Shown here piece by piece: positions 63,802-64,000 of a stretch of DNA of 64,000 nucleotides (the stretch's first letter is position 1; each line of letters starts with the position of its first letter). The position numbers and the translations under genes were made by a program. Source of the DNA: Octopus vulgaris (lineage: Eukaryota); the NCBI GenBank assembly GCA_951406725.2, contig OX597819.1, positions 10,850,001 through 10,914,000 on the forward strand. The letters are read 5' to 3'. A model generated the notes under the pieces. The model was not told where the DNA came from. It saw nothing but the letters and a program-made list of their open reading frames with translations, and did not search any database.

Positions 63802-64000
63802 TGGAGGCACAATGGCCCAGTGGTTAGGGCAGCGGACTCGCGGTCATTGGATCGCGGTTTCGATTCCCAGACCGGGCGTTGTGAGTGTTTATTGAGCGAA
63901 AACACCTAAAAGCTCCACGAGGCTCCGGCAGGGGATGGTGGTGATCCCTGCTGTACTCTTTCACCACAACTTTCTCTCACTCTTACTTCCTGTTTCTGTT
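63802..64000 (+). mobile_element. tRNA(Arg)-like SINE head (fourth family), running off the window edge
   Basis: TGGCCCAGTGGTTAGGGC...GAC-TCG-CGGTC...GGTTTCGATTCCC; no complete acceptor stem, followed by a SINE-like body. Confidence 0.75.

Noticed and set aside
63232-63880. tRNA genes
   Set aside because: A/B boxes are present, but the acceptor stems do not close and SINE bodies follow; these are SINE heads.

Overview
This is AT-rich animal genomic DNA, dense in transposons and microsatellites. The repeat families look like those of Octopus/coleoid cephalopods (an inference from recalled SINE families, not from a search). I found no confident host protein-coding exon. Most ORFs in the track are translations of SINEs and (TA)n/(TG)n/(ATT)n microsatellites. 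The window contains: about 18 copies of a tRNA/CORE-type SINE ('SINE-A'); about 15 copies of a second tRNA-like SINE ('SINE-B'); RTE LINE fragments and their minisatellite-bearing 3' ends; a cluster of restriction-like-endonuclease LINE fragments (HERO-like and R4/Dong-like) at (AAT)n tracts; a full-length decayed DD36E Tc1-like element; mariner fragments; a decayed Buster/hAT with a nested non-autonomous Helitron; hAT MITEs; and a CpG-rich putative promoter near 22.5 kb. The most interesting signal is a set of seven minimal type-I hammerhead ribozyme motifs (Penelope-type, palindromic stem III) in six unrelated sequence contexts. One pair lies in a fold-back element with a tRNA-like Pol III head, a candidate 'SINE-retrozyme'. 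Coordinates were read by eye and repeat boundaries may be off by several bases.
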